Source of the DNA: an uncultured Gemmatimonadaceae bacterium
GTDB lineage: Bacteria > Gemmatimonadota > Gemmatimonadetes > Gemmatimonadales > Gemmatimonadaceae
Reading direction: 5' to 3'
Assembly (NCBI GenBank): GCA_963822945.1
Contig: CAWGJO010000027.1
Location: 64,001 to 128,000 of the forward strand
DNA: 64,000 bases
Under the pieces are notes generated by a model. The model made no database searches. It was not told where the DNA came from and worked only from the letters and a program-made list of their open reading frames with translations. The translations under genes and the position numbers were made by a program. Positions 1 to 9,618 of the stretch are shown here, in pieces; the stretch's first letter is position 1; each line of letters opens with the position of its first letter.

Positions 1-533
1 ATCAATGGATTCCGGCTGTACCGGTAATACATCCGGGTCACGAACGGCGGGTGCGTGTACTTGCGGCCCCGGAAGTTGAGCCACACCTGCCGCAGGCCGA
101 ACAGATCGAAGTGGTCGATCATGAAGGTGCCGGTGAGCAGGAACAGCCACCCGAACGCGAACAGGACCCACAGCACGTCGCGTCCCGCCGCCGACTGCAC
201 GTTCCACACGGTGCCGGGAATCGGACGCCACTGCCAGAACAGGAGATCGAGCAGCAGGCTGGCGATCAGCACATAGGTTGATCGCTCGGCGGCCACCGGA
301 ACGATCTTCGTCCACCACTGTTTGAACCACCGCCGGGCCATGATGCTGTGCTGCACGGCGAAGGCGGCGAGCAGCAGAGCGTCGATGACGAGCGCCTGGG
401 CCAGCGGCGTCGTGGCCGCGCCGTCCACGCATTTGGGCACACCGACGCACCCGACGAAGCCGATGGCATAGAGGAAGGTGAGGAAGAACACGGCGTACGC
501 GAGCGTTCCGTACAACAAGAGAACGGATCCCAT
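1..533 (-). CDS. mddA: Methanethiol S-methyltransferase (MddA / ICMT-like membrane methyltransferase), 3' end runs off window
   Basis: Not in ORF track. Manual translation from ATG at 533 gives MGSVLLLYGTLAYAVFFLTFLYAIGFVG...FAVQHSIMARRWFKQWWTKIVPVAAERSTYVLIASLLL...WQWRPIPGTVW...TFMIDHFDLFGLRQVW...YRYSRNPL, matching MddA motifs (QHSxMAR, ERSTYV, WQWRP, HFxLFGLRQV). Confidence 0.82.
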   Translation of the reverse strand, partial: MGSVLLLYGTLAYAVFFLTFLYAIGFVGCVGVPKCVDGAATTPLAQALVIDALLLAAFAVQHSIMARRWFKQWWTKIVPVAAERSTYVLIASLLLDLLFWQWRPIPGTVWNVQSAAGRDVLWVLFAFGWLFLLTGTFMIDHFDLFGLRQVWLNFRGRKYTHPPFVTRMYYRYSRNPL

Positions 534-584
534 CGGGGCCTCCCGGTGTCTGGGTTCACTGCATCTATTCGAAACGCGCGAAGG

Positions 585-1178
585 TCAGCGTTTCGCTTCG
601 AGCAGGAGGCGGTCGAGCGCGTGTCGCGCCCGCCGCTCCGCCTTGGGATCGTGGAACAGCCGATCGGCGTGGTTGTAGCCGAGGGTAATCGCGTGGAAGT
701 CGTGCGCGAACTGCTCGCAGTCGAGGTGCTTGCGGAAATCGCCGTCGGCAACCGCCCGCCTGGCGGCGTCTTCGATGATCGCATACCACTGTCGATACGC
801 GGCGACGAGTTCGTCGCGCACCGGCCCCGGCCGATCGTCGAACTCCACCGCCGCCGTGACGAACAGGCATCCGCCGTCGAGCTTGTCGTGCGACCAGCGA
901 ACCCATCCCCGAAAAAGCGCGCGCAACACGTCGACCCCGCGCCGGCGGCGCTGCGCGTCGGCGACGACGACCTCGCTGAAGGTGCGGATGCCCCGGCGGA
1001 GGATGGCTATCTGGAGCGCTTCCTTCGAACCGAAATGCGCGTAGAGCCCGCTCTTCGAGAGTTGCATGCGCTCGGCGAGATCGCCGATCGAGAGGGCGTC
1101 GAGCCCGACCACGCTGGCCATCTGGATGGCCTGTTCGAGGATCAGTCCGCGGGTGCGGTCACCTTTGGCGAGTTTCAC
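585..1178 (-). CDS. TetR/AcrR family transcriptional regulator
   Basis: N-terminal HTH (GLDALSIGDLAERMQLSKSGLYAHFGSKEAL) and GGCLF C-domain motif; GTG start at 1178 chosen from promoter position (ORF track extends to 1214). Confidence 0.92.
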   Translation of the reverse strand: MKLAKGDRTRGLILEQAIQMASVVGLDALSIGDLAERMQLSKSGLYAHFGSKEALQIAILRRGIRTFSEVVVADAQRRRRGVDVLRALFRGWVRWSHDKLDGGCLFVTAAVEFDDRPGPVRDELVAAYRQWYAIIEDAARRAVADGDFRKHLDCEQFAHDFHAITLGYNHADRLFHDPKAERRARHALDRLLLEAKR

Positions 1179-1185
1179 GACGCCA

Positions 1186-1214
1186 GAAATAGCACGAACG
1201 ATCGTTTTTGTCAA
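1186..1214 (-). promoter_or_regulatory. sigma70-type promoter with embedded palindromic operator for the TetR gene
   Basis: Minus strand TTGACA-17nt-TATTTC with TG extension; perfect palindrome AACGATCGTT (1197-1206) in the spacer; GTG start 7 nt after the -10. Confidence 0.65.
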
Positions 1215-1242
1215 ACACGCACGCGGGCCCGTCGACGCCGGC

Positions 1243-1479
1243 TCACCCCGCGCCCGGCTCGCCGGGCGTCCACGCCGCCAGTTCTTCCGGCGCCGCGAGA
1301 TCGCTGCGGCTGTCCCACGCGGCCCAGCCGGTGCGGCGCTCCCGAACCGTCTCCGCGGCGGCCGCGGGAGAGTGAAAAGTCGCGAGAGGCGTGCCGTCGA
1401 TTCCCAACCGCACCCGATCCGGAAATTCGGCGTGCGGCCGAATCCAGAACGTGCCCACCGTGGTCTTGAAGTAGAACAT
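1243..1479 (-). CDS. Small hypothetical protein (78 aa)
   Basis: ATG preceded by GCGGAGG RBS; MFYFKTTVGTFWIRPH...AAWD...WTPG has globular composition. Confidence 0.6.
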   Translation of the reverse strand: MFYFKTTVGTFWIRPHAEFPDRVRLGIDGTPLATFHSPAAAAETVRERRTGWAAWDSRSDLAAPEELAAWTPGEPGAG

Positions 1480-1755
1480 CCTCCGCTTCCCCTCCACCTT
1501 GGATCGGTCTTCGTCTGGTCGCGTCACCGTGCGGGGACCTCGACATGCGCCCGGGCCGGCATCAAGCCCTATTATCGCGGTGAACTCTCGGCGCCCGCAA
1601 GCACGCGCCGCACGCGGCCCCCGATCGGCGACCGGTCCGACGGCAATGCGCCCGGCGCGAGCGCCGCTCGGGGGCTGGCCAAGCGGACGTTCCGGCGCGA
1701 TTCTGTGAACGCGTCAATCACCCGCCCATGCCCAACCGCTTCCGGAGAATCACTG

Positions 1756-3614
1756 TGAGCAATCCCGAAGATCTCCTCGAACAGACACAGGCCGACCTCG
1801 AAGCCACCGACTTCGACGAGGAGGCGTTCGGCATCGACCGCCGGCATTTCGTCTTCCTCTCCCTCGCCGCCGCGGCCGCCTCCACGCTCGGCGCCCCCGC
1901 CGCCGCCCTCGCCCAGGGTCGCGGACGCGCCGGCGCCGCCGCCACGGGACGGCAGGCACTCCAGCAACAGGAGCCGCCGGCGCCCCTCGGCAACGGCGAA
2001 CCGCCGGCCCTCCAGTTCCAGCCGTATCCGGGCGGCACCGGCGCGCTGATGGAGAAGCTCGTCCGCGAGCGCGGTGCCACGGCATTCGATCGCGGCCACT
2101 ACGAACCGGAACCGTGGACGGGCGCCGTCCCGTCGTCGGACGAGGAGATCGCCTTTCTCCCCGCGCACCGGCTGTCCGCCATGCTCAAGGCGCGCCGCAT
2201 CACCTCGGCGCGGCTCACCGACATCTACCTCGCGCGCCTCAAGCGCCTGAACCCCACACTGCTCTGCGCCGTGACGATCATGGAGGCGCAGGCGCGCGCC
2301 GAAGCGGCGCAGGCCGACCGGGAGATCGCGGCGGGCAACTATCGTGGCCCGCTGCACGGCCTGCCCTACGGCGTCAAGGACCTGTTCGCCACCAAGGGCG
2401 TGCCGACCACGTGGGGCGCCAAGGACTTCGAGCACCGCATCATCGACGAGGACGCCGAGGTCGTGGTTCGCCTGCGCAACGCCGGCGCCGTGCTCATCGC
2501 CAAGCTCGCCACCGGCCTCTTCGCGCAGAACGACCAGTGGTTCCGCGGACGCACCAACAACCCGTGGAATCTCTCGCAGGGGTCGAGCGGGTCGTCGGCC
2601 GGCCCGGCGTCGGCCACGGCGGCCGGGTGCGTGGCGTTCGGGATCGGCACGGAGACGTCGGGCTCGATCGTCTCGCCCACCATCCGCTGCGGCCTGAGCG
2701 CGCTGCGTCCCACGTTCGGCAGCGTGAGCCGGTACGGCGGCATGGTGCTCGCCTGGTCGCAGGACCGCGTGGGGCCCATCGTCCGCACCAGCGAGGACGC
2801 GGCGATGGTGTTCAACGTCATCCACGGCGTGGACGAGAAGGATCCCTCCACGGTGACCATGCCCTTCCAGTTCAACCGCAACATCGATCTCGCCACGCTG
2901 CGCATCGGCGTGGACGACCAGGCCCCGCCCGAGTTGGTGAACAAACTCAAGGAGCTGGGCATGAAGCCGGTGACCATCGGCGCGCGTCCCACCGTGCCCG
3001 GCATCAGCGGCACCTCGGGGGGACTCAACACGGAGTATGCCTCCGCCTTCGACACGTACGTGCAGCGGAAGGCGAAAGAGATCGGACTCGACCTCAACGA
3101 TCTGCCGGCGGTTCCCCCGCGCCCGGCGTCGGGACGAGGGATGCTGCCGTACGGTACGCCGAATGGCAGCCCACCGCCCACCGACCCCCAGGCGCCGGCC
3201 GACTGGAATCCGCGCTTCGTGTACGGGCGGACGATTCCAGGATACGAGTTCCTGAACACCGAGCGCCGGCGCTACATCCTGATCAGCAAGTGGGCCGAGT
3301 ACCTCAAGGACGTGGACATGTACATCGGCAGCCCGTTCGCCGACGTCGGCGAGTGCGCGCAGACCGGCTATCCGAGTGCGGTGCTGCCGTTCAAGTTCGG
3401 CGTCCCATCGGTGTTCGGTCGTGGCCGCGGCCGGGGCCGGGGCGGCCGGGGTGGCGCCGCGGAATCGGCGGCCGCCGCGCCCGAACCGAAGCTCAACCCG
3501 CAACCGATCTGCGGGCAGATCATCGGCACGCTGTACAACGACGACCTCATCCTGTCGGTGGCGCACAAGTTCCAGACGCACGACGACACGGTGAACAAGC
3601 ACCCGGCGCTCTAG
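1756..3614 (+). CDS. Amidase signature family protein, probable Tat export
   Basis: GVKD, GSSGSSAG, GTETSGSIVSP (Lys-cisSer-Ser triad); RRHFV twin-arginine-like signal; start uncertain (1728 or 1756). Confidence 0.9.
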
Positions 3615-3630
3615 CGCGCGCGACCGGCAA

Positions 3631-3664
3631 GCCCCGGCCGCGGCGGAATCTTGCCGCGCCGGGG
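3631..3664. terminator. GC-rich hairpin between convergent genes
   Basis: CCCCGG-CCGCGGCGG...TTGCCGCG-CCGGGG inverted repeat between amidase and permease stops. Confidence 0.45.
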
Positions 3665-6055
3665 TTACTCGCGGCTCAGCACTTCCATTGGCGCCACGCC
3701 ACTCGCCTGCCGCGCCGGCAGATAGCTGGCCACCAGCGCCACCACGACCAGGAGCGCGGGCACGGCGGCGAACGTGGCGGCGTCGGTGGGCTGCACCTGG
3801 AACAGCAAGCCGCGCATGAGGTGGCCGGCACCCCACCCACCGGCCAGACCGAATACGACGCCGATAGTGGCCAGTCGCATCGCACCACCCACGAATGCAC
3901 GGACGATGCTGCCGGGCGCCGCGCCCATTGCCATGCGAATGCCGATCTCACGCCGGCGCTGCGCCACGTTGAACGCCATCACCGCCGAGATCCCACTGGC
4001 GGCGAGCAGCAGCGCCAGCGCCGCGAAGCTGGCCATCAACAGCAGGTTGAATCGGGGCGCGGCCATCGCGTCGCGCCGGTTGCGCGCCAGGGGATGGACG
4101 TCGGCCACCGGAAGCACCGGATCGAGCGTGTGGATGGCTCCGCGCACGGAGGCCGCGAGCAAGGCGGGATCTCCGCCCGCGCTGCGCACCACCAGCGTCA
4201 TGGCCGACATCGGCACCTGATTGTACGGGACGTACAACATGGGCTCCGCGTCGGTTTGCGGCGCCACGTCCCGCACGTCGCCCACGACGCCGATCACGGT
4301 GCGGGGCGTGCCGCTGGTGCCGCCCCAGAACAGCTGCTTGCCGACGGCGTTTTGCCCCGGCCACAGCCGGGCCGCCAGGCTCCGCGAGATGACGACGATC
4401 GGCGGTCCGTTCGACGCATCCGACGAGGTGAACACGCGTCCGCGCGTGACCGGGATGCCCATGGCCGCGAAGAACTCCGGCGTCACGCTGCGCCACCCGG
4501 CCTGCATGAATCCGCTGGAGGGCGCCGAAGCCGCGCGGTCCTGCGGCGTCACGTCGTTCACGTAGTTCCACCCGCTGAACGGGTCGACGGCGCTCGCCCC
4601 GGCGGCACGGACGCCCGGCAGTCCGCGCAGATGAGCCGTTAGCCGGCTGAAGAAGATGGCGCGCGCCTCGTCGTCGTAGCGCTGGGGCGGGAGATTCAGA
4701 TTCACGGCGAGCACGTGCTGGGCGTCGAAGCCGGTGTCCACCGCGCTCAACCGTCCGAAGCTGCGCAGCATGAGGCCGGCACCGGTGAGCAGCACGATGG
4801 AAAGTGCCACCTGAAACACCACGAGCACATCGCGCTGGCGCCGATGACTCCGGGATATGCCTCCGCGCGCCCCCTCGCCCAGCACGGCCGCCGGATCCAC
4901 GCGCGACGCGCGCAACGCCGGCAGCAGGCCACACGCGAACGTGGTCAGCACACTGAGCAACAGCGCCACACCGATGGCGCGGCCGTCCACGCCCACCTCT
5001 TCCAGCCGCGGAATGCGACCGGCGCCGAACGTGCGCGCCGCGGTCATTCCCCATGTGGCCGCGATCACGCCGGCTACCGTGGCGCCTCCGGCCAGCAGGC
5101 CGCTCTCGACCAACATCTGCCGCACGAGCCGAGACCTGGTGCCCCCCAGGGCGGTCCGCACGCCCATCTCCACCTGGCGCGTGCTGGCCCTGGCGAGCAA
5201 GAGATTGGCCACGTTGGCGCAGGCGAGAATGAGCAGCAATCCGGTGGCGGCGAGCAGCACCCACCCGGCACGACGGAAGTTGTCGTCGACGAGCGCGTGC
5301 GACAGGGGCTCGAGGCGTGTTCCCCATCCCTTGCTCGTCGGGTAGATCGCATCGATTCCGGCGGTGATGCGATCGAAGTCCGCCTGCGACTGCTCGAGCG
5401 TCACACCGGGTTTGAGCCGGCCCACCAGCGACAACCAGTGATCGTCGCGATCCGAGCGCGCGTTCGCGTGCAACGGTACGTAGACGTCCGCTTCGGGAAA
5501 GTGTGCCGCCGCCGGCATCACTCCCACCACCGTGTAGGACCGGGTGTTGAGCGTCACCGTGCTTCCCAAGATGGACGTGTCGGAGCCGAATCGGCCGCTC
5601 CAGAGCGCGTGGCTCAGAATCACGACGCGCGCGGAATCGCCGGCGGCATCTTCGTCCGGGCGGAAGGTGCGGCCCAACGCGGGCTGCACACCGAGCACCG
5701 CGAACAGCGTGTGGCTGGTCGCCATGCCGTGCAATTGCTGGGGATCGCCGGTGCCCGTGAGCGCCAGGTCGGCCCGCTTGTACGCCGCCAGGCCCGTCAG
5801 CGAGTGGTTCTGGGTGCTGAAGTCGAGAAAGTCGGGATCCGAAGCAACGAAGTCGGCGCCCTGCGGCGAGGTCTCCCAGACCTGTACCAACCGGTCGGGT
5901 GCCGCGAACGGAAGAGGCCGGATGATGACGGCGTCGACCACACCGAAGATCGTCGTCGTCGCCCCGATGGCGAGGGCAAGCGTGAGGACGGCCGCGACCG
6001 TGAATCCGGGGCGTGTGCGTAGCGTGCGGATCGCATGTCGGACTTCCTGGAGCAT
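3665..6055 (-). CDS. ABC transporter permease, duplicated MacB/FtsX (ADOP-type)
   Basis: RPGFTVAAVLTLALAIGATTTIF, LACANVANLLLAR, RRREIGIRMAMGA, ASYLPARQAS; two FtsX-like halves, no adjacent ATPase. Confidence 0.93.
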   Translation of the reverse strand: MLQEVRHAIRTLRTRPGFTVAAVLTLALAIGATTTIFGVVDAVIIRPLPFAAPDRLVQVWETSPQGADFVASDPDFLDFSTQNHSLTGLAAYKRADLALTGTGDPQQLHGMATSHTLFAVLGVQPALGRTFRPDEDAAGDSARVVILSHALWSGRFGSDTSILGSTVTLNTRSYTVVGVMPAAAHFPEADVYVPLHANARSDRDDHWLSLVGRLKPGVTLEQSQADFDRITAGIDAIYPTSKGWGTRLEPLSHALVDDNFRRAGWVLLAATGLLLILACANVANLLLARASTRQVEMGVRTALGGTRSRLVRQMLVESGLLAGGATVAGVIAATWGMTAARTFGAGRIPRLEEVGVDGRAIGVALLLSVLTTFACGLLPALRASRVDPAAVLGEGARGGISRSHRRQRDVLVVFQVALSIVLLTGAGLMLRSFGRLSAVDTGFDAQHVLAVNLNLPPQRYDDEARAIFFSRLTAHLRGLPGVRAAGASAVDPFSGWNYVNDVTPQDRAASAPSSGFMQAGWRSVTPEFFAAMGIPVTRGRVFTSSDASNGPPIVVISRSLAARLWPGQNAVGKQLFWGGTSGTPRTVIGVVGDVRDVAPQTDAEPMLYVPYNQVPMSAMTLVVRSAGGDPALLAASVRGAIHTLDPVLPVADVHPLARNRRDAMAAPRFNLLLMASFAALALLLAASGISAVMAFNVAQRRREIGIRMAMGAAPGSIVRAFVGGAMRLATIGVVFGLAGGWGAGHLMRGLLFQVQPTDAATFAAVPALLVVVALVASYLPARQASGVAPMEVLSRE

Positions 6056-6250
6056 CACCCGAACCTCACGAAGAGTGGAGCGGACGGAACCGTCGACGCA
6101 AAGCATCCGTCACGCTCCAACCGGGCAATACCCGTGCCACCACGCGCCGGGGCTACGCCACGGGAAATCAACGAGTTGGCGTCGGCTGCCGGCAGCCGGA
6201 TGTGTTCGCAAATGGGACGGAGTGTCCGGGGCCGGACACTCCGTCCCTCC

Positions 6251-7915
6251 TCAGAACCGGTAGCTCACCGACATGAAGTTCTGCGAGTTGTGGAATGCGC
6301 CGCCCATCTCGCGATACACCGACAGCATCAGGTACACGTTCCGCCCCACGGCCCAGTCGGCGTCGAAGCTGCTCCAGGTGGTGCGCGTCGAACCCAGTCC
6401 CATGCCGAGCATCGTGGCGTTGGACGTCCGGAGCCCGCCGGTGGCCTCGAGGTGCACGAGATTGAACGGGTTGATCTCAAGCGAGGCCGACTGCAGGTCG
6501 CCGCTGGAGAGCTGGCCGGTGTAGTGCGTGTCGCGGAGATGGGCGCCGAGGTCGATGGCGGTGAGCCGCATGAGGCTCACGGAGCCGGTGTACGACTGGG
6601 CGGTGCCGGCCGGGCCGCCGCTCGTGGTGCGCGCCTCGCCACTCAGCCGGAAGCGTCCCCGCAGGTTGAGGGTCGCGCCGCCCCACATGCCCTGCCGGAA
6701 GCTGTTGTCGAACACCGTCTCGGGATTCACGAAGTCGCGGTACAGGAGCACGTTCCGCCGGTTGTCGACCCCGCCGTTGAGACTGAGCGCGTCGGTGATC
6801 GTGAACTGGAAGTTGGCGAACGTCGACGTGGGCGTGGCCGCGGCGTGTTCCTGCGCCGCCTTCCACCCGCGATTGATGTCCAGTTCCTGCGTGACGTACG
6901 CCGTGAACCGCGACGATATCACCATCGCCGTGGCGTACGTGAATTCGCGGTCGATCTGGCCCAGAGTGTACGCGCCGACCCCGCCCACGGTGAACGACCA
7001 CACGGGCAGGTGCATCGACACGTTGTGCCACTGCACGTATGCCCCGTACTCGCGCGTGGAGTCGGTGAACCCGAAGTTGTACCAGCTCGGCTGCAGTCCG
7101 CCGAATGCGCCGACGCTCCAGCGCGGGTGGGCGACGTCGACCGCCACGCCGTCGAACAGCCCCACCGAACTGCTGGTGGTGGAGAACTGGCGGCCGATGG
7201 TGACCGTCGTCGCGCTCCCCAGGGGATTCCACTGCAGCGCCGCCTTGTACACCCGCGTCACGTTGAGCGGGTAGGTGGGAGCAGGATGGAGGCTGTCCGG
7301 CGGCTGCATGATCGAGCGCTGGGCGCGGACGTCGACCGCGATCCCCACCGGCGAGTCGCCCAGGTGCGTGCCGTCGAGGCGCAGGTCGAGCGCCGGCTGC
7401 GTGACCACGCCGGCCGGCCCGGTGCCGGGATCGACCATCAGGTAGCGGACCCCGAGGCGGCCGCGAAGCCGGTTGGCCGGTCGTCGGGTGAGGCCGGCGC
7501 TCGAGCGCTCGGGAAGCGTCGCCGTCGGCGTGGCCGCGACGGCCTCCACCACCGGCGCGAAGCGGGCCGAGTCGCCGGTGGCGACGGTGAGCGACGACGC
7601 GCGCACGATCGTGCACGCGGCACTGCTCGACGAGATGTACTGGACGGCCAGCTCGGCGACGAACGTCGTGTCGCGCAGCACCGTCAGATGCGCGCCCTGT
7701 TTGAGGCCGGCGCGCGTACCGGCGTCGAGGTACACCGTCGGGCCGCTGATGTAGGTCACGTGCGCCCAGGCGGTGGTCGAGTCGGCCCCGGGCGCCGCCG
7801 CCGGCGTCCGCGCGGCCGCTGGCCCGGTGACCGCCTTCTGGGCAGCCGCGGGAACACTCGCGCTGACGATGGCGAATGCCATCACAGCCAGCGGTACTCG
7901 GCGCATGGTCATCAT
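6251..7915 (-). CDS. Outer-membrane beta-barrel protein (putative porin of a porin-cytochrome complex)
   Basis: Signal peptide (MMTMRRVPLAVMAFAIVSASVPAAA-Q), alternating amphipathic strands rich in Y/F/W/G/T/S, C-terminal MSVSYRF; ATGA overlap with the upstream cytochrome. Confidence 0.8.
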   Translation of the reverse strand: MMTMRRVPLAVMAFAIVSASVPAAAQKAVTGPAAARTPAAAPGADSTTAWAHVTYISGPTVYLDAGTRAGLKQGAHLTVLRDTTFVAELAVQYISSSSAACTIVRASSLTVATGDSARFAPVVEAVAATPTATLPERSSAGLTRRPANRLRGRLGVRYLMVDPGTGPAGVVTQPALDLRLDGTHLGDSPVGIAVDVRAQRSIMQPPDSLHPAPTYPLNVTRVYKAALQWNPLGSATTVTIGRQFSTTSSSVGLFDGVAVDVAHPRWSVGAFGGLQPSWYNFGFTDSTREYGAYVQWHNVSMHLPVWSFTVGGVGAYTLGQIDREFTYATAMVISSRFTAYVTQELDINRGWKAAQEHAAATPTSTFANFQFTITDALSLNGGVDNRRNVLLYRDFVNPETVFDNSFRQGMWGGATLNLRGRFRLSGEARTTSGGPAGTAQSYTGSVSLMRLTAIDLGAHLRDTHYTGQLSSGDLQSASLEINPFNLVHLEATGGLRTSNATMLGMGLGSTRTTWSSFDADWAVGRNVYLMLSVYREMGGAFHNSQNFMSVSYRF

Positions 7916-9618
7916 CCCGACCTCCCTCTCGGGTGGCACGAATAGCAGTGGGCCGCATCGTACACGTAGCCGGACACGCCGCCATGATGCGAGTCGGTCG
8001 TGCTCTTGCCGTGGCAGCCGCCGCTCATGCAGGTGAACGCCGCGTAGTTCGACGGCGAGGTGTGGCAATCGGAGCACTGGTTCCAACGACCCTTGTGGGT
8101 GCCGGAGTAGATCGGGAAGAAGCTGTTGTCGTGGTCGAAGGTGGCTCCTGCCCAGGTGGTCGTCGTATGGCACTGTTCGCACGTCTGTCCGAATCCGGCG
8201 GCGGCGTGCGCCGGATTGTTCGTGCCGTTGTAGTCGGCCAGGTGGCAGGACACGCAGGTAGTCGGCTTGCCCTTGTACACGCCGTCACCGTGGCAGGCGG
8301 CGCAGGCAACGCTCACATGCGCGCCCGTGAGCGGGAACGCCGTGTTGTTGTGGTTGAACGTCGCGCTCGTCCAGTTCGTCGTGCTGTGGCACGTTTCGCA
8401 CGTGGTCGGGAAACCGGCCGCCACGTGGCCCGGGTTGGTCGTGGCGTTGTACTCGGTCTGATGGCACGATACGCAGAGCGTGGACTTGCCCTTGTACACG
8501 CCGTCGCCGTGGCAGGCGTTGCAGGCCACGGCCTGGTGCGCCCCGGTGAGCGGGAAGCTGGTCGTGCTGTGGTTGAACGTCGCGCTCGTCCAGTTGGTCG
8601 TGCTATGGCAGGTCTCGCAGGTGGTGGCGAAGCCGGCTGCCGCGTGGGGCGGGTCGTTGGTGTTGTTGAAGTCGGTCTGGTGGCACGACACGCAGAGCGT
8701 GGACTTGCCCTTGTACACGCCGTCGCCGTGGCAACTCTGACAGCTCGTGGTCGCGTGCACGCCGGTGAGCGGAAAGTTCGTGGCGTTGTGATCGAACGTC
8801 GCGCTCGTCCAGTTGGTCGTGCTGTGGCAGGTCTCGCACGTGGTCGGGAATCCCGAGGCGGCGTGCGGCGGGTTCGTGGTCCCGTTGTACTCCGGCTGGT
8901 GGCACGACACGCACAACTTCGACTTGCCCTTGTAGACGCCGTCGCCGTGGCAGGCGGCGCACGCGGTGGCCAGGTGGGCTCCGGTGAGCGGGAACCCGGT
9001 CAGGTTGTGATCGAAGCTCGCCCCGTGCCAGTTGGTCTCGCTGTGGCACTCGGTGCACACCTGCGGAAAGCCGCCGCCCACGTGGTCGGGGTTCTTCGCG
9101 TTCCGATAGTCGGTGGCGTGGCACCCGAAGCACATCGTTGGGCGGTTGGCGTACTGCGTCTGGCCGGGCGCCGACGGCAGATGGCAGTCCTCGCATGCGG
9201 CAATGGCGTGCGCACCGCGCAGTGGGAAGCGGGTGAGGTCGTGCATCCGGCGCATCGCGGCCGGGTCGACGAAGCTGCGTGTCGTGTGGCAGCGCGAGCA
9301 CTGGTTGCCGAACTCGCCGTGGTGCACGTCGGTGTGGCACGACGCGCAGGCCGTGGACGTGTTGGCGAAGTCGAGCGTGCGATGGCACGACGTGCACGGC
9401 GCCTTCTGATGCGCTCCCTCGAGCGGGAACACCCCCGGCGCGTGGCGGAAGTCCTTGCTGATCGCCACGGGCTTCCAGCCGTCGGCCCGGTGGCACATGC
9501 TGCAGGCGCCGATCGTGGGGCCGTGCGGGTTGTCGCCGCTCTGGGCGGCGGCGGCCGGCGCGGAGAGCGCCAACACGGCCAGCGCCAGCAGCCAGCGGGA
9601 AGCAGGGGGGAGCTTCAT
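7912..9618 (-). CDS. Secreted multiheme cytochrome c (21 CxxCH + 1 CX4CH)
   Basis: Motifs counted manually; Sec signal ending AAAA-Q; 73-aa triheme tandem repeats. Confidence 0.95.
   Translation of the reverse strand: MKLPPASRWLLALAVLALSAPAAAAQSGDNPHGPTIGACSMCHRADGWKPVAISKDFRHAPGVFPLEGAHQKAPCTSCHRTLDFANTSTACASCHTDVHHGEFGNQCSRCHTTRSFVDPAAMRRMHDLTRFPLRGAHAIAACEDCHLPSAPGQTQYANRPTMCFGCHATDYRNAKNPDHVGGGFPQVCTECHSETNWHGASFDHNLTGFPLTGAHLATACAACHGDGVYKGKSKLCVSCHQPEYNGTTNPPHAASGFPTTCETCHSTTNWTSATFDHNATNFPLTGVHATTSCQSCHGDGVYKGKSTLCVSCHQTDFNNTNDPPHAAAGFATTCETCHSTTNWTSATFNHSTTSFPLTGAHQAVACNACHGDGVYKGKSTLCVSCHQTEYNATTNPGHVAAGFPTTCETCHSTTNWTSATFNHNNTAFPLTGAHVSVACAACHGDGVYKGKPTTCVSCHLADYNGTNNPAHAAAGFGQTCEQCHTTTTWAGATFDHDNSFFPIYSGTHKGRWNQCSDCHTSPSNYAAFTCMSGGCHGKSTTDSHHGGVSGYVYDAAHCYSCHPRGRSG
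8120..9000 (-). repeat. Intragenic 219-bp tandem repeat, about 4 copies (triheme module)
   Basis: TCGCGCTCGTCCAGTT recurs at 8361, 8580, 8799 (219-nt period); protein repeat FPLTGAH..CxxCHGDGVYKGK..CVSCH..H..CETCHSTTNWTSATF.H; boundaries approximate. Confidence 0.9.

Noticed and set aside
3665..6055. ABC permease as part of the cytochrome operon
   Set aside because: 195-bp gap and a widespread multicopy family with no redox link
8120..9000. 219-bp repeats as a DGR, CRISPR or mobile repeat
   Set aside because: In-frame coding repeats of a triheme module; no reverse transcriptase nearby
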